The position numbers and the translations under genes were made by a program. 64,000 nt of DNA from Bacteroidota bacterium (GTDB taxonomy: Bacteria; Bacteroidota; Ignavibacteria; UBA10030; UBA8401): positions 73,405 through 137,404 of the forward strand of contig JBFMFY010000001.1 of the NCBI GenBank assembly GCA_040751955.1, written 5' to 3'. Of this stretch, positions 49,718-59,574 are shown piece after piece (positions within the stretch are counted from its first letter, which is position 1; every line of letters starts with the position of its first letter). The notes beneath the pieces are model-generated. The model saw only the letters and a program-made list of their open reading frames with translations. It was not told the DNA's origin and ran no database searches.

Positions 49718-50510
49718 TAAACTGGACGAAATTCTTGAGTATAAAAAAAAGGAGGTCGAACTTGCTAAAGAGCACCTTCCTTTTGCAATGCTGATAGATC
49801 AGATTTCGACGTTATCACCTACTGCTGAATTTGCGGATGCTCTCCGTTCCCACGATAACGGAGAAGTAACCTGCATTGCTGAGATTAAGAAGGCGTCTCC
49901 TTCCAAAGGAGTGATTTCAAAATCATTCAATGTTGAAAAAATTGCGCGGGAATACCGGCAGGGGGGCGCTGCCGCTTTGTCCGTCTTGACAGACATGAAA
50001 TACTTTCAAGGACATAACAACCATATTGGTTCTGCAAAAGGGGCAAGCCATCTCCCGATCCTGCGTAAAGATTTTATTGTTGATGAATACCAGATTTATG
50101 AATCGCGATTGATCGGTGCGGACGCTATTTTGCTCATCGTGGCGGCATTGACGGATCATCAACTCCGGTCATATCTTACAACTGCGGAAGACCTTACGCT
50201 TTCAGTCCTTGTTGAGTGTCACTCAAAAGAAGAGATTGATCGTGCATTGCAAGCGGGTGCAACGATGATAGGTGTCAACAACAGGGACCTGCAAACATTC
50301 ACTGTCAATGTGAACCTTTCGGTGCACTTAAAGAATTTCATACCGAATGAATGTATTGCGGTGAGTGAAAGCGGAATACGGAACTACCATACTGTAGAAG
50401 CATTGGCGCAAGCGGGGTTCGATGCAATTCTTGTCGGCGAACATCTGATGCAGCAAACGGATAAAGCAAGGGGATTGAAAGAATTGCTTGGGAAGCGTAT
50501 TGAAGCATGA
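49710..50510 (+). CDS. trpC: Indole-3-glycerol phosphate synthase
   Basis: IAEIKKASPSKG motif. 266 aa. Confidence 0.9.
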   Translation: MNNKLDEILEYKKKEVELAKEHLPFAMLIDQISTLSPTAEFADALRSHDNGEVTCIAEIKKASPSKGVISKSFNVEKIAREYRQGGAAALSVLTDMKYFQGHNNHIGSAKGASHLPILRKDFIVDEYQIYESRLIGADAILLIVAALTDHQLRSYLTTAEDLTLSVLVECHSKEEIDRALQAGATMIGVNNRDLQTFTVNVNLSVHLKNFIPNECIAVSESGIRNYHTVEALAQAGFDAILVGEHLMQQTDKARGLKELLGKRIEA

Positions 50511-51133
50511 AAGCGCCTTTCTTTATCAAGATTTGCGGAATTACTACCACCGACGATGCACTACTTGCCGTTGCCGCCGGTGCTACAGCGATCGGGTTAA
50601 ATTTTTATACACGCAGCAAACGATTTGTTACAATCGAAAGAGCAAAGGAAATTGCAGACAGCGTGCGGGGAAAAGTGTCCATTGTCGGGGTCTTTGTTAA
50701 TGAGCCGATTGAATCGGTGAAAAGAATTGCATCAACAGTGAAATTGACGTACTGTCAGTTTCACGGTGAAGAATCTGCGGAGTACGTCAACAAATTTTCA
50801 AATGCGATCAAAGCATTTCGTGTCAATGATTCGTTGAAGAATGTGTACTTCGATGATTTTACGTGTTCGTCATTTTTGCTGGATTCATTCAGCGAGAAGG
50901 AATACGGCGGAACAGGCAAGACATTCAACTGGCTGCTGGCACGTGAAGCGAATGAATTCGGGAAAATCATCGTTGCTGGCGGATTGACTCCGGATACCGT
51001 GACACAGGCAATTGAGATCGCGCAGCCGTGGGGAGTTGACGTCAGCAGCGGCGTTGAAATTGAACCGGGAAAAAAAGACAGAGATAAAGTGTTTCAATTC
51101 GTACGCAGCGCACGGGAAGCATTTCAGGACTAA
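50507..51133 (+). CDS. trpF: Phosphoribosylanthranilate isomerase
   Basis: FIKICGIT N-terminus typical of TrpF. 208 aa. ATGA overlap with trpC. Confidence 0.85.
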   Translation: MKAPFFIKICGITTTDDALLAVAAGATAIGLNFYTRSKRFVTIERAKEIADSVRGKVSIVGVFVNEPIESVKRIASTVKLTYCQFHGEESAEYVNKFSNAIKAFRVNDSLKNVYFDDFTCSSFLLDSFSEKEYGGTGKTFNWLLAREANEFGKIIVAGGLTPDTVTQAIEIAQPWGVDVSSGVEIEPGKKDRDKVFQFVRSAREAFQD

Positions 51134-51138
51134 TCGGC

Positions 51139-52353
51139 ATGAACAGTACTATACAAAGAAAATATCCCCATGTCCCGGATGACAGAGGTCATTTTGGTAT
51201 CTATGGCGGACGATTTATTCCAGAAACTCTTCTTCCTGCGGCTGAAGAATTAACCGTTTGGTACGAAAAATTAAAGCACGACGAATCATTCAACAAGGAA
51301 TTCAGATACTATCTAACATATTTTGTTGGACGCGAAACGCCGCTTTACTTTGCCGAAAGACTGACTACCCATGCCGGCGGTGCTAAAATTTACCTCAAGA
51401 GAGAAGATCTTTGTCATACAGGAGCGCATAAAATCAACAACACGATCGGGCAGATTCTTATTGCGCAAAGAATGGGAAAGAAACGAATCATTGCGGAAAC
51501 CGGAGCCGGGCAACATGGCGTTGCAACGGCAACTGTATGCGCGTTGTTCGGGCTCCACTGTGTTGTGTACATGGGAGAGGAGGATATGGAACGTCAGGCG
51601 CCGAATGTGTACCGCATGAAATTACTTGGAGCAGAAGTCCGTCCCGTTTCATCAGGCAGCAAGACTTTGAAAGATGCAACCAGCGAAGCGATTCGAGATT
51701 GGGTAACGAATGTGAACGATACATTTTATATCATCGGCTCCGTTGTCGGTATGCATCCGTATCCTATGATGGTACGTGACTTTCAATCAGTTATTGGTCG
51801 AGAGACGCGAGAGCAGATCATGCAGTTGGAATATAAACTCCCCAACGCCATTGTCGCTTGTGTCGGCGGTGGAAGTAATGCGATGGGAATTTTTTATCCT
51901 TTTTTGGATGATACAGAGACAGTGCGGTTGTACGGCGTTGAAGCGGCTGGTCTTGGTATTGATACGGACAAACACGCTGCAGCGCTTGCTAAGGGAAAGC
52001 GAGGCGTATTGCACGGCTCTATGCAGTATCTTTTGCAAAATGAAGACGGACAAGTTGAGATTGCACATTCAATTTCTGCGGGACTTGACTATCCCGGAGT
52101 AGGTCCGGAGCATTGCTACCTGAAAGACAATGAGTATGTTCGGTATGTCTCCGTTACAGATACTCAGGCACTTGAAGCTCTTCAGCTGCTTGCACGAAAA
52201 GAGGGAATCATTCCTGCGCTGGAATCCGCTCACGCCGTTTCGTATGCTGTTACTCTTGCCGCAACGATGAAAAAGGATGAAGTTATCGTCGTCAACTTAT
52301 CTGGAAGGGGAGATAAAGATTTAGGGACGGTGATGAAAGAACTGCATCTCTAA
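51139..52353 (+). CDS. trpB: Tryptophan synthase beta chain
   Basis: PLP motif HTGAHKINN and GGGSNAMG. 404 aa, TrpB1 type. Confidence 0.9.
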   Translation: MNSTIQRKYPHVPDDRGHFGIYGGRFIPETLLPAAEELTVWYEKLKHDESFNKEFRYYLTYFVGRETPLYFAERLTTHAGGAKIYLKREDLCHTGAHKINNTIGQILIAQRMGKKRIIAETGAGQHGVATATVCALFGLHCVVYMGEEDMERQAPNVYRMKLLGAEVRPVSSGSKTLKDATSEAIRDWVTNVNDTFYIIGSVVGMHPYPMMVRDFQSVIGRETREQIMQLEYKLPNAIVACVGGGSNAMGIFYPFLDDTETVRLYGVEAAGLGIDTDKHAAALAKGKRGVLHGSMQYLLQNEDGQVEIAHSISAGLDYPGVGPEHCYLKDNEYVRYVSVTDTQALEALQLLARKEGIIPALESAHAVSYAVTLAATMKKDEVIVVNLSGRGDKDLGTVMKELHL

Positions 52354-52354
52354 T

Positions 52355-53461
52355 ATGCATATTGTTCATTGTCTTACCCATAGCACACACGGTGGCGGAC
52401 AGGCAGTTCCGTATTTGCTCGTTAAAAATCTCCTTCGATACCATTCCGAAATACGCCACACAGTTCTGCTTCCTTCCAATGGGATTTTTATTGAACGTTT
52501 CAGAGATATTGGTATCCAAGTAGTCGAATTTCCATTTGATGTTTTGAACCCGTTAAATTTTTTTCGTATTAAAACTATCGTGCAAAATCTCAACCCGGAT
52601 ATCATCCATTCCCATGGCAGAGGCGCAGGATTGTATCTTCGTTCGATTTCAAAATCGAGACTGAAGTCAAAGCGAGTACACACCCATCACGGATTTCACT
52701 TACCGGAAAAAATACTCCCGAGATTGATGTTCCGGTTGAGCGAAGATTTCTTTCTGCAAAATACCGACCGTGTTATTTCGGTCTCCGATAGTGAGGCGGA
52801 CGTCATCAGAAAGACAAATCCCAGGTCGCGGGAAATAATTAAGATCATCCCTAACATTGTTGACCGCGAAAGCGTTCAAGACAATGCAAAACGTGAAAGT
52901 GGTGAGGATGATTCAATTGCAAAAAAATTAGATGGAAAATTTGTTGTTACAATGATTGGACGTGACGATCCGGTGAAGAACTATGCTCTTGCATTTTCAG
53001 CAATGAAAGAAGTGCTGGAATCCGATCGATCCATGCTTTTCTTGCTGATCGGTATTGGTGAGCGGACTGCGCAGCAAGCCGATGTATTCCACAGGTATCC
53101 CGAAAATGTCATTATACTACCGGCAAGTCCAAACCCACTGCCTTTGCTTTCAAAAAGTTCCGTGCTGTTAGTGACATCAAAAAGAGAAGCGGGTGCGCCA
53201 TTAGTGATGATGGAAGCGGCGTGCCTCGGCATTCCAGTTGTCAGTGTTAGGGTTCGGGGTTTGTTTGATGCCATACAACATGAGCGAAATGGTCTCTGCG
53301 TTGAGAATAATTCACACTCCGTAGCCCAAGCGCTTTTACGTTGTGCCAAAGAAAAAACGTTAATGGATCGAATGTCAAAAGGTGCAATGGAATATGCAAT
53401 GTCATTCGATACACAATCATGGTGTGATCAATACTATTCGATGTACACGGAACTACTCTAA
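52355..53461 (+). CDS. Glycosyltransferase family 4
   Basis: GT-B protein with REAGAPLVMMEAACLGIPVV (EX7E-like). 368 aa. Starts 1 nt after the trpB stop. Confidence 0.75.
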   Translation: MHIVHCLTHSTHGGGQAVPYLLVKNLLRYHSEIRHTVLLPSNGIFIERFRDIGIQVVEFPFDVLNPLNFFRIKTIVQNLNPDIIHSHGRGAGLYLRSISKSRLKSKRVHTHHGFHLPEKILPRLMFRLSEDFFLQNTDRVISVSDSEADVIRKTNPRSREIIKIIPNIVDRESVQDNAKRESGEDDSIAKKLDGKFVVTMIGRDDPVKNYALAFSAMKEVLESDRSMLFLLIGIGERTAQQADVFHRYPENVIILPASPNPLPLLSKSSVLLVTSKREAGAPLVMMEAACLGIPVVSVRVRGLFDAIQHERNGLCVENNSHSVAQALLRCAKEKTLMDRMSKGAMEYAMSFDTQSWCDQYYSMYTELL

Positions 53462-54462
53462 TGCTTTATTTTTGCACACTCTTTGATAAAAATTATCTGT
53501 CCCGCGGCGTAGCGCTCTACGAATCTCTGGAGAAAGTATCTGCAGGGTTCCATTTGTACGTGTTTGCCTTCGATGGCGAAACTGAGGATGTGCTATCGCG
53601 TCTGACATGGAAACATGCTACCATTATTCCGTTAAAAGACTTTGAGAATGAACGTTTGCGTTCTGTGAAAGCAGACCGTACACGTGCAGAATATTATTGG
53701 ACATCAACGCCGGCAACAATTCTTTATGTGCTGGAGCACTTCGGTGTTGACCATTGCACATATATCGACTCAGATCTCTATTTTTATCGAGATCCGGACA
53801 TCCTGTTTCAGGAGCTTGGTAATTCATCTGTATTGATAACGGAACACCGTTACACGAAGGGATATGACAAATCGAAACAAAGCGGCATCTATTGCGTTCA
53901 GTTTAACACATTCCGAAACAACTCAGAAGGTTTAATGGTGCTGCGCTGGTGGAACGACCGCTGTTTAGAGTGGTGCTACAACAGAGAAGAGGATGGGAAG
54001 TTTGGCGACCAAAAATACCTGGATGATTGGACAACTCGGTTCAAAGGGGTGCATGTCCTTCAAAATATGGGTGGCGCAATCGCTCCATGGAATGTGCAGC
54101 AATATTCATTTCACCGTCAGAATTCAAAACTTCTGTGTCGGTATCAGCATAGTACAGAATCGTTGGAAGTTGTATTTTACCACTTTCACTACCTGCGGTT
54201 TTATGAGCATACAACGATAGAGTTAGGAGATTACTATCTCTCAGACGAAGTCCGTCAAATACTGTATTATCCGTACATACGGCACTTGCAGGAAATTAAA
54301 AAAAAGATATCTGCCTTTGAACCTTTAATTGATGTACATGGTAACAGGCAATTTGAACGGGGGCTGAAACAGATGTACATTAAGGCGAAGCGAACGCTGT
54401 ACAGACGCTATAATCGCTATGACCTAAATTCATTTTTACATTCCATCGATGCCCATGAATGA
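53461..54462 (+). CDS. Putative nucleotide-diphospho-sugar transferase (GT8-like, DxD motif)
   Basis: N-terminal LYFCTLFDKNYL...HLYVF and YIDSDLYFY (DxD) resemble GT8/GT-A enzymes. 333 aa. Assignment is tentative. Confidence 0.45.
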   Translation: MLYFCTLFDKNYLSRGVALYESLEKVSAGFHLYVFAFDGETEDVLSRLTWKHATIIPLKDFENERLRSVKADRTRAEYYWTSTPATILYVLEHFGVDHCTYIDSDLYFYRDPDILFQELGNSSVLITEHRYTKGYDKSKQSGIYCVQFNTFRNNSEGLMVLRWWNDRCLEWCYNREEDGKFGDQKYLDDWTTRFKGVHVLQNMGGAIAPWNVQQYSFHRQNSKLLCRYQHSTESLEVVFYHFHYLRFYEHTTIELGDYYLSDEVRQILYYPYIRHLQEIKKKISAFEPLIDVHGNRQFERGLKQMYIKAKRTLYRRYNRYDLNSFLHSIDAHE

Positions 54463-55210
54463 AACGCAGCCGCTCGTTAGCGTTATTACAGTTTGTTTCA
54501 ATGCAGCAAAAAGTATTCGGCAGACAATCGAATCCGTTCTCGCTCAAACATACACAAATATAGAATATATTATCATCGATGGCGGATCAAAAGACGGGAC
54601 GATGGATATTGTTCGGGAGTATGGTACCCGCATTTCAAAACTAATTTCGGAACCGGATAAAGGAATTAGTGATGCATTCAATAAGGGGATTAAGTCTGCA
54701 CGTGGAGAATACATCCAGTTTATTCATGCCGATGACCGTTTGGAGCAAACGAAGATTGAAAAATCCGTTGCTATTCTCTCGGCAAAACCGGAATTCGGTT
54801 TTGTCTTTGGCGATATTCAAAAAATTCACAATTCAAAAATCGAATTGGTTCCAGGAGACCCATCCTACGGGAAGTCGCTCCATTATGTGATGGGCAGGAT
54901 CAATCACCCGACTGTTATGGTTCGGAAACAAATCTTTGAGAAGTATGGGATGTTTGACCTCCGGTGGAAAATTGCGATGGATTACGAGTGGCATTTGCGG
55001 ATTCATAATGAAGGGGTGCAGGGAATTTATTCTTCAGAACTTGTTGTGCACACAACCGCAGGTGGAATTTCAGATTCGCAACGGTTCCAGGCATTTGCAG
55101 AATGTCGCGATATTTCGATAATACATGGATTGCATCCGGTTGTTGCCTACTTATATTTTATTCTTCGGTGTACAAAACACGTTATTCTCACAGTAACGGG
55201 CTTGCGATGA
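54449..55210 (+). CDS. Glycosyltransferase family 2 (soluble GT-A)
   Basis: VSVITVCFNAAKSIRQTIESVLAQTY...IIIDGGSKDGT and HADD motifs. 253 aa. Confidence 0.8.
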   Translation: MPMNETQPLVSVITVCFNAAKSIRQTIESVLAQTYTNIEYIIIDGGSKDGTMDIVREYGTRISKLISEPDKGISDAFNKGIKSARGEYIQFIHADDRLEQTKIEKSVAILSAKPEFGFVFGDIQKIHNSKIELVPGDPSYGKSLHYVMGRINHPTVMVRKQIFEKYGMFDLRWKIAMDYEWHLRIHNEGVQGIYSSELVVHTTAGGISDSQRFQAFAECRDISIIHGLHPVVAYLYFILRCTKHVILTVTGLR

Positions 55211-55788
55211 GAAAAATCGGAATCTATGGCGGTACATTCAATCCCCCTCACATAGGGCATTTGATCACTGCAGAGTGTGTAAAGGAAAGCCTCGGACTTG
55301 ATGAGATTTTTTTTATCCCATCATTTATTTCTCCGCATAAGCAAGAAGGGGAAGAGTTCTCCGCTGTGCACCGGTTCGAGATGATGCAACGTGCAATTGA
55401 AGGAAATGAATACTTCAATGTATCGGATTTCGAAATTCTACGACGTGAAACTTCCTATTCTGTGACAACACTTGAACATTTTAAAAAAGAATTTCCCCAA
55501 GATGAGTTGTACCTGATCATTGGCATGGATAATTATCTGACATTTCACTTATGGAAAGAGCCCGAAAGGATCATGGAAATCGCTCTTCTCGCTGTTATGA
55601 ATCGTCCGAATTATCCACGGAAGGTCAACGTAGTGATCGGCACAAAGAAGACGGTTTTCGTCGATGTTCCCGACATCGATGTCTCTTCCTCTGATATTCG
55701 TTTCCGGGTGAAATCGGGGAAATCGATCCGTTACTTGGTGCCGTTCAGTGTCGAAAGGTATATCCGGGAACACAACCTGTATAAATGA
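55207..55788 (+). CDS. nadD: Nicotinate-nucleotide adenylyltransferase
   Basis: GGTFNPPHIGH (HxGH) motif. ATG at 55207 forms an ATGA overlap with the GT2 stop. Confidence 0.85.
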   Translation: MRKIGIYGGTFNPPHIGHLITAECVKESLGLDEIFFIPSFISPHKQEGEEFSAVHRFEMMQRAIEGNEYFNVSDFEILRRETSYSVTTLEHFKKEFPQDELYLIIGMDNYLTFHLWKEPERIMEIALLAVMNRPNYPRKVNVVIGTKKTVFVDVPDIDVSSSDIRFRVKSGKSIRYLVPFSVERYIREHNLYK

Positions 55789-55817
55789 AAAAATCCCGTC
55801 TTAGACGGGATTTTTTT
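55789..55817. terminator. Bidirectional Rho-independent terminator (A6-ATCCCGTC-TTA-GACGGGAT-T7) shared by nadD (+) and tRNA-Phe (-)
   Basis: Perfect 8-bp stem flanked by an A-tract and a T-tract. Confidence 0.6.
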
Positions 55818-55892
55818 GGTGGACAGGGCCAGAATCGAACTGGCGACACACGGCTTTTCAGGCCGTTGCTCTACCGACTGAGCTACCTGTCC
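55817..55892 (-). tRNA. tRNA-Phe (anticodon GAA), 76 nt with encoded CCA
   Basis: Reverse complement folds as a canonical cloverleaf: GGACAGG acceptor stem, GCUC/GAGC D-stem, anticodon loop CUGAAAA, T-loop UUCGAUU. Confidence 0.85.
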
Positions 55893-55952
55893 ATAATTTC
55901 TACACAAATATACGTAAAAATAATTTTTATCAAAAGAGATTTTTCGTACCAA

Positions 55953-55990
55953 TAAAAAATCCTCGAAGTCTTGCAAGGACTTCGAGGATT
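55953..55990 (-). terminator. Rho-independent terminator after hppA (AATCCTCGAAGTC...GACTTCGAGGATT plus U-tract on minus strand)
   Basis: 13-bp stem. A-tract on the plus strand equals a T-tract downstream of the hairpin on the minus strand. Confidence 0.55.
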
Positions 55991-56003
55991 TAAGTTTTAA
56001 AGA

Positions 56004-58163
56004 TCAGATGAACAACGGCGCCATCACAAGTGTAATCGTGGAGAGCAATTTGATCAAAACATGTAGTGACGGTCCCGCTGTATCTTTGAACGGATCGCCG
56101 ACCGTATCGCCGACGACTGTCGCCTTGTGCCAATCGGTACCTTTCTTGCTTTCTACTTCAACAAATTTCTTTGCGTTATCCCAGGCACCGCCGCCGTTGT
56201 TTAGGAAGAGCGCAACAAGTATTCCGACGATTGTTCCTACCATCAACAACCCACCGACAACTTCTGCACCACTTGCACCGTGCACAGGATTTCCTGTGGA
56301 GACATACAGCCATTTGAACAATATTCCAACAGCAATGGGCATGAGCACAACGAGCAAGCCGGGGACAACCATTTCTTTTAATGCAGCGCGGGTGACGATG
56401 TCAACGCATTGTCCGTAGTCGGGCTTTGAGGTACCCTGCATGATTCCGGGATTGTTTTTGAACTGCTCGCGAACGTTGTTGATAACCGCATATGCTGCTC
56501 GGCCTACCGCTTTAATTGCAAGAGAAGAGAATAAGAAAACCAGCATTGCACCGAGCATTGAGCCGACAAATACAGCCGGTTTAGAAAGATCAATATGTGT
56601 TAATGAAAATCCGTAGTTCCGTACTTCATCAAAATAAGCGGAGAAGAGAAGGAACGCAGCAAGCGCAGCAGAACCGACCGCATACCCCTTTGTCAGCGCT
56701 TTAGTCGTATTGCCGACCGCATCAAGACGATCTGTTTTGCGACGGATCTCTTCCGGTTGATGCGACATTTCAATGATTCCGCCGGCGTTATCTGTAATTG
56801 GACCGAATGTATCCATGGCAAGAATATACGCTGCTGTGCCGAGCATACCCATCGTTGCAACCGCTGTTCCAAATAATCCGGCATCTTTTAATCCGGAAGA
56901 CTCGCCGAGAAAATATGCTGAGATGAGCGCGGCGCCGATAACCAGTACGGGATATCCGGTTGATTCCATGCCGACAGCAATTCCAGCAATGATGTTTGTT
57001 GCAGGTCCCGTTTTCGATTGCTCTGCAATAGTCTGCACAGGCCGATACTTGTATTCAGTGTAATATTGGGTTATAAACACGAATGCAAGTGATGTTAATA
57101 CGCCGATCACTCCGCAAAGAAAGAAATTAAAATAATATTCATTGCCCAGAAGCCACTTTGATGCAACAAAAAATCCAATCATAGCAAGTACTGCAGTGAC
57201 ATAGAAACCGCGGTTCAATGCATTCATCGGATCTTCGGTATCATTAGTCTTAACGATCATGATGCCGATGATTGATGCAAGAATACCGAAGGCACGTGCG
57301 ACGAGAGGGAAAAGGAGTACGCTGAAGAGTGTGAGATTGTGCAGTGCAAAAGCATCAGCATTCACTTTGTACAATCCTGCAGCAAGAATCATCGCTCCGA
57401 TATTTTCAGCGGCTGTTGATTCAAAAAGATCGGCACCACGCCCGGCACAGTCGCCCACATTGTCACCGACAAGGTCGGCGATAACTGCGGGGTTTCGCGG
57501 ATCATCTTCCGGAATACCCGCTTCAACTTTTCCGACAAGATCTGCACCAACGTCTGCAGCTTTTGTATAAATACCGCCGCCAAGTTGGGCAAACAAAGCA
57601 ACAAACGAAGCTCCAAACCCATATCCAACAATTAAGAGCGGAATTTTTGAAGGATCAGGTACGATTTCCATCCATTCCACAATTGCAAAAAGCCCCGCAA
57701 CACCGAGCAGACTCATTGCAACAACAAAAAATCCTGATACGGCACCGCCGCGAAGTGCAGTTTGCAGCGCGCCATTCATTCCCTTTGTTGCCGCTGCAGC
57801 AGTGCGAATGTTGGTACGAATAGAAGTCCACATACCCATATATCCTGCCGCAACGGAACATGCGGCACCAAGCACAAAAGAGATTGTCGTCCACAGAGCA
57901 AGCATTGAAGGCGTTGCAGGGTCGTGTTCGTTTGGAGTGCGTACAAACGCGTAGAGAATGTAAATCAATGCAGCAAGTGCTATCGAAAGATAGACGATAG
58001 TCTTATTTTGACGACTTAAAAATGCTTCCGCACCTGCTTTAATTGCGTTTGAAATTTCCTGCATGGCAGGAGTGCCTGTGTCGCGCTTCATTACGTCGCG
58101 GATGAGATACCAGGCGAACAGCAGTCCGAAAATGGAGATTGCAAGAATCAGAAAGAGTTCCAT
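56004..58163 (-). CDS. hppA: Membrane-bound H+/Na+-translocating pyrophosphatase (V-PPase)
   Basis: 719 aa polytopic protein with the V-PPase motifs GGIYTKAADVGADLVGKVE and DNVGDNVGD. Confidence 0.9.
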   Translation of the reverse strand: MELFLILAISIFGLLFAWYLIRDVMKRDTGTPAMQEISNAIKAGAEAFLSRQNKTIVYLSIALAALIYILYAFVRTPNEHDPATPSMLALWTTISFVLGAACSVAAGYMGMWTSIRTNIRTAAAATKGMNGALQTALRGGAVSGFFVVAMSLLGVAGLFAIVEWMEIVPDPSKIPLLIVGYGFGASFVALFAQLGGGIYTKAADVGADLVGKVEAGIPEDDPRNPAVIADLVGDNVGDCAGRGADLFESTAAENIGAMILAAGLYKVNADAFALHNLTLFSVLLFPLVARAFGILASIIGIMIVKTNDTEDPMNALNRGFYVTAVLAMIGFFVASKWLLGNEYYFNFFLCGVIGVLTSLAFVFITQYYTEYKYRPVQTIAEQSKTGPATNIIAGIAVGMESTGYPVLVIGAALISAYFLGESSGLKDAGLFGTAVATMGMLGTAAYILAMDTFGPITDNAGGIIEMSHQPEEIRRKTDRLDAVGNTTKALTKGYAVGSAALAAFLLFSAYFDEVRNYGFSLTHIDLSKPAVFVGSMLGAMLVFLFSSLAIKAVGRAAYAVINNVREQFKNNPGIMQGTSKPDYGQCVDIVTRAALKEMVVPGLLVVLMPIAVGILFKWLYVSTGNPVHGASGAEVVGGLLMVGTIVGILVALFLNNGGGAWDNAKKFVEVESKKGTDWHKATVVGDTVGDPFKDTAGPSLHVLIKLLSTITLVMAPLFI

Positions 58164-58222
58164 ACGGGGTCCGTAAATCCTTTCTTAATACTACGATTGT
58201 TGGTGATTATGTAACACGTACC

Positions 58223-58259
58223 TCAAAAAAAAGCCCCGAATGTTTGTCGGGGCTTTTTC
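58223..58259. terminator. Hairpin AGCCCCGA-ATGTTTG-TCGGGGCT flanked by an A9 tract and a T5 tract (terminates the antiporter gene on the minus strand)
   Basis: Seen in sequence between the hppA start and the upstream gene's stop. Confidence 0.55.
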
Positions 58260-58317
58260 TGGTGGGAATTTGACTGCACAAATGTAAAAAAGTTCCGCTG
58301 ATTTTCCAAGAAAAAAT

Positions 58318-59574
58318 TTACAGGAAGAACAAAATCCAAACAATAATCAGCATCGGCATCATGAAGGGAAGTGTAAAGTGAGAAATGTACCTCACAAATG
58401 ACGGTGTTGGAACATGGTAATGGTCTGCAATAGATTTTACCATGAAGTTCGGACCGTTACCGATATACGTGTTTGCGCCAAAGAAAACCGCTCCCACACT
58501 AATGGCAACAATGTGTCGTGAAAATTCGTCCGTGAGCAGCAATGTTTGAATGGGGAGACTGCTGTTATGTGTGCTGCCGACTGCAACACTAAAAAAGCTG
58601 AGATATGTTGGTGCATTATCTAAAAAGCTTGAAAGGATCCCCGTATTCCAAAAGAAAAATGAAGTTGAAAGGTAGCTCATTGTTGATGCACTTTTTGCTA
58701 GCAGTTCCAGCGCCGGGATCATGGTAGCAAATATTCCCGCAAAAATAATCGCTACCTCCTGTATCGGATGGAATGTAAAATGATTTGCATGATGAATTGT
58801 TTTTTTTGTCGTAACGTATGATGCGATTGTTGCGATGATGATGACCGCTTCCCGCAATAAAGGAGGAGAAGAAATAAACACTGCCGCCAGGATGATCAAC
58901 AGAAACAGAATATTGTTCAATCCCTCGATCCTCCATTCATCGTGCTTCTCTATTTTCTTTTGCACGGATCGCGCCGTAGCGTAATAATTTTTTTTATCGA
59001 GAATGTAAAACATTACGAGCAAGATACCGATTCCGACGATCCACATCGGAAATGTTTTTGTGATCACCCAGAAGAACGGGATCCCTTTCAGATAACCGAT
59101 AAACAACGGAGGATCGCCGATCGGTGTCAGCGCACCGCCGACATTCGATACTATGAATATAAAAAAGACGATATGGTACGGTGCAATGCGGACCTTGTTC
59201 ATTCGAATCCACGGACGGATCAACAACATCGATGCACCTGTTGTGCCGACAAGATTAGCAATAATGGCTCCGCCAAGGAGAAACAAAATATTCTCTTTCG
59301 GATTCGTGAGGTCTTTGGTAGAAATATTAATGCCTCCGGAAACAACGAACAGCGAACCGATCAATGTGATGAAACTGAAATACTCCTGACCGGTGTGAAA
59401 AACAACGTCAGATCTTTGTAAAAAGAATACGTAGTACAAAATTACTGCACTGCCCAATCCGAGTGAGACCTTGGGATAATGCCTGTTCCACCAGTCCTGA
59501 AATAAGAGCGGAGCTAATGCGATCAAAAGAAGAAGCAGAATAAATGGTGCAACAAGAACCAATTCTGAATTCAC
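58318..59574 (-). CDS. ArsB/NhaD-superfamily ion transporter (putative Na+/H+ antiporter NhaD-like)
   Basis: 418 aa with about 11-12 TM segments. A GDPPLFIGYL-type motif resembles NhaD/YbiR-like permeases. Assignment is tentative. Confidence 0.55.
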   Translation of the reverse strand: MNSELVLVAPFILLLLLIALAPLLFQDWWNRHYPKVSLGLGSAVILYYVFFLQRSDVVFHTGQEYFSFITLIGSLFVVSGGINISTKDLTNPKENILFLLGGAIIANLVGTTGASMLLIRPWIRMNKVRIAPYHIVFFIFIVSNVGGALTPIGDPPLFIGYLKGIPFFWVITKTFPMWIVGIGILLVMFYILDKKNYYATARSVQKKIEKHDEWRIEGLNNILFLLIILAAVFISSPPLLREAVIIIATIASYVTTKKTIHHANHFTFHPIQEVAIIFAGIFATMIPALELLAKSASTMSYLSTSFFFWNTGILSSFLDNAPTYLSFFSVAVGSTHNSSLPIQTLLLTDEFSRHIVAISVGAVFFGANTYIGNGPNFMVKSIADHYHVPTPSFVRYISHFTLPFMMPMLIIVWILFFL

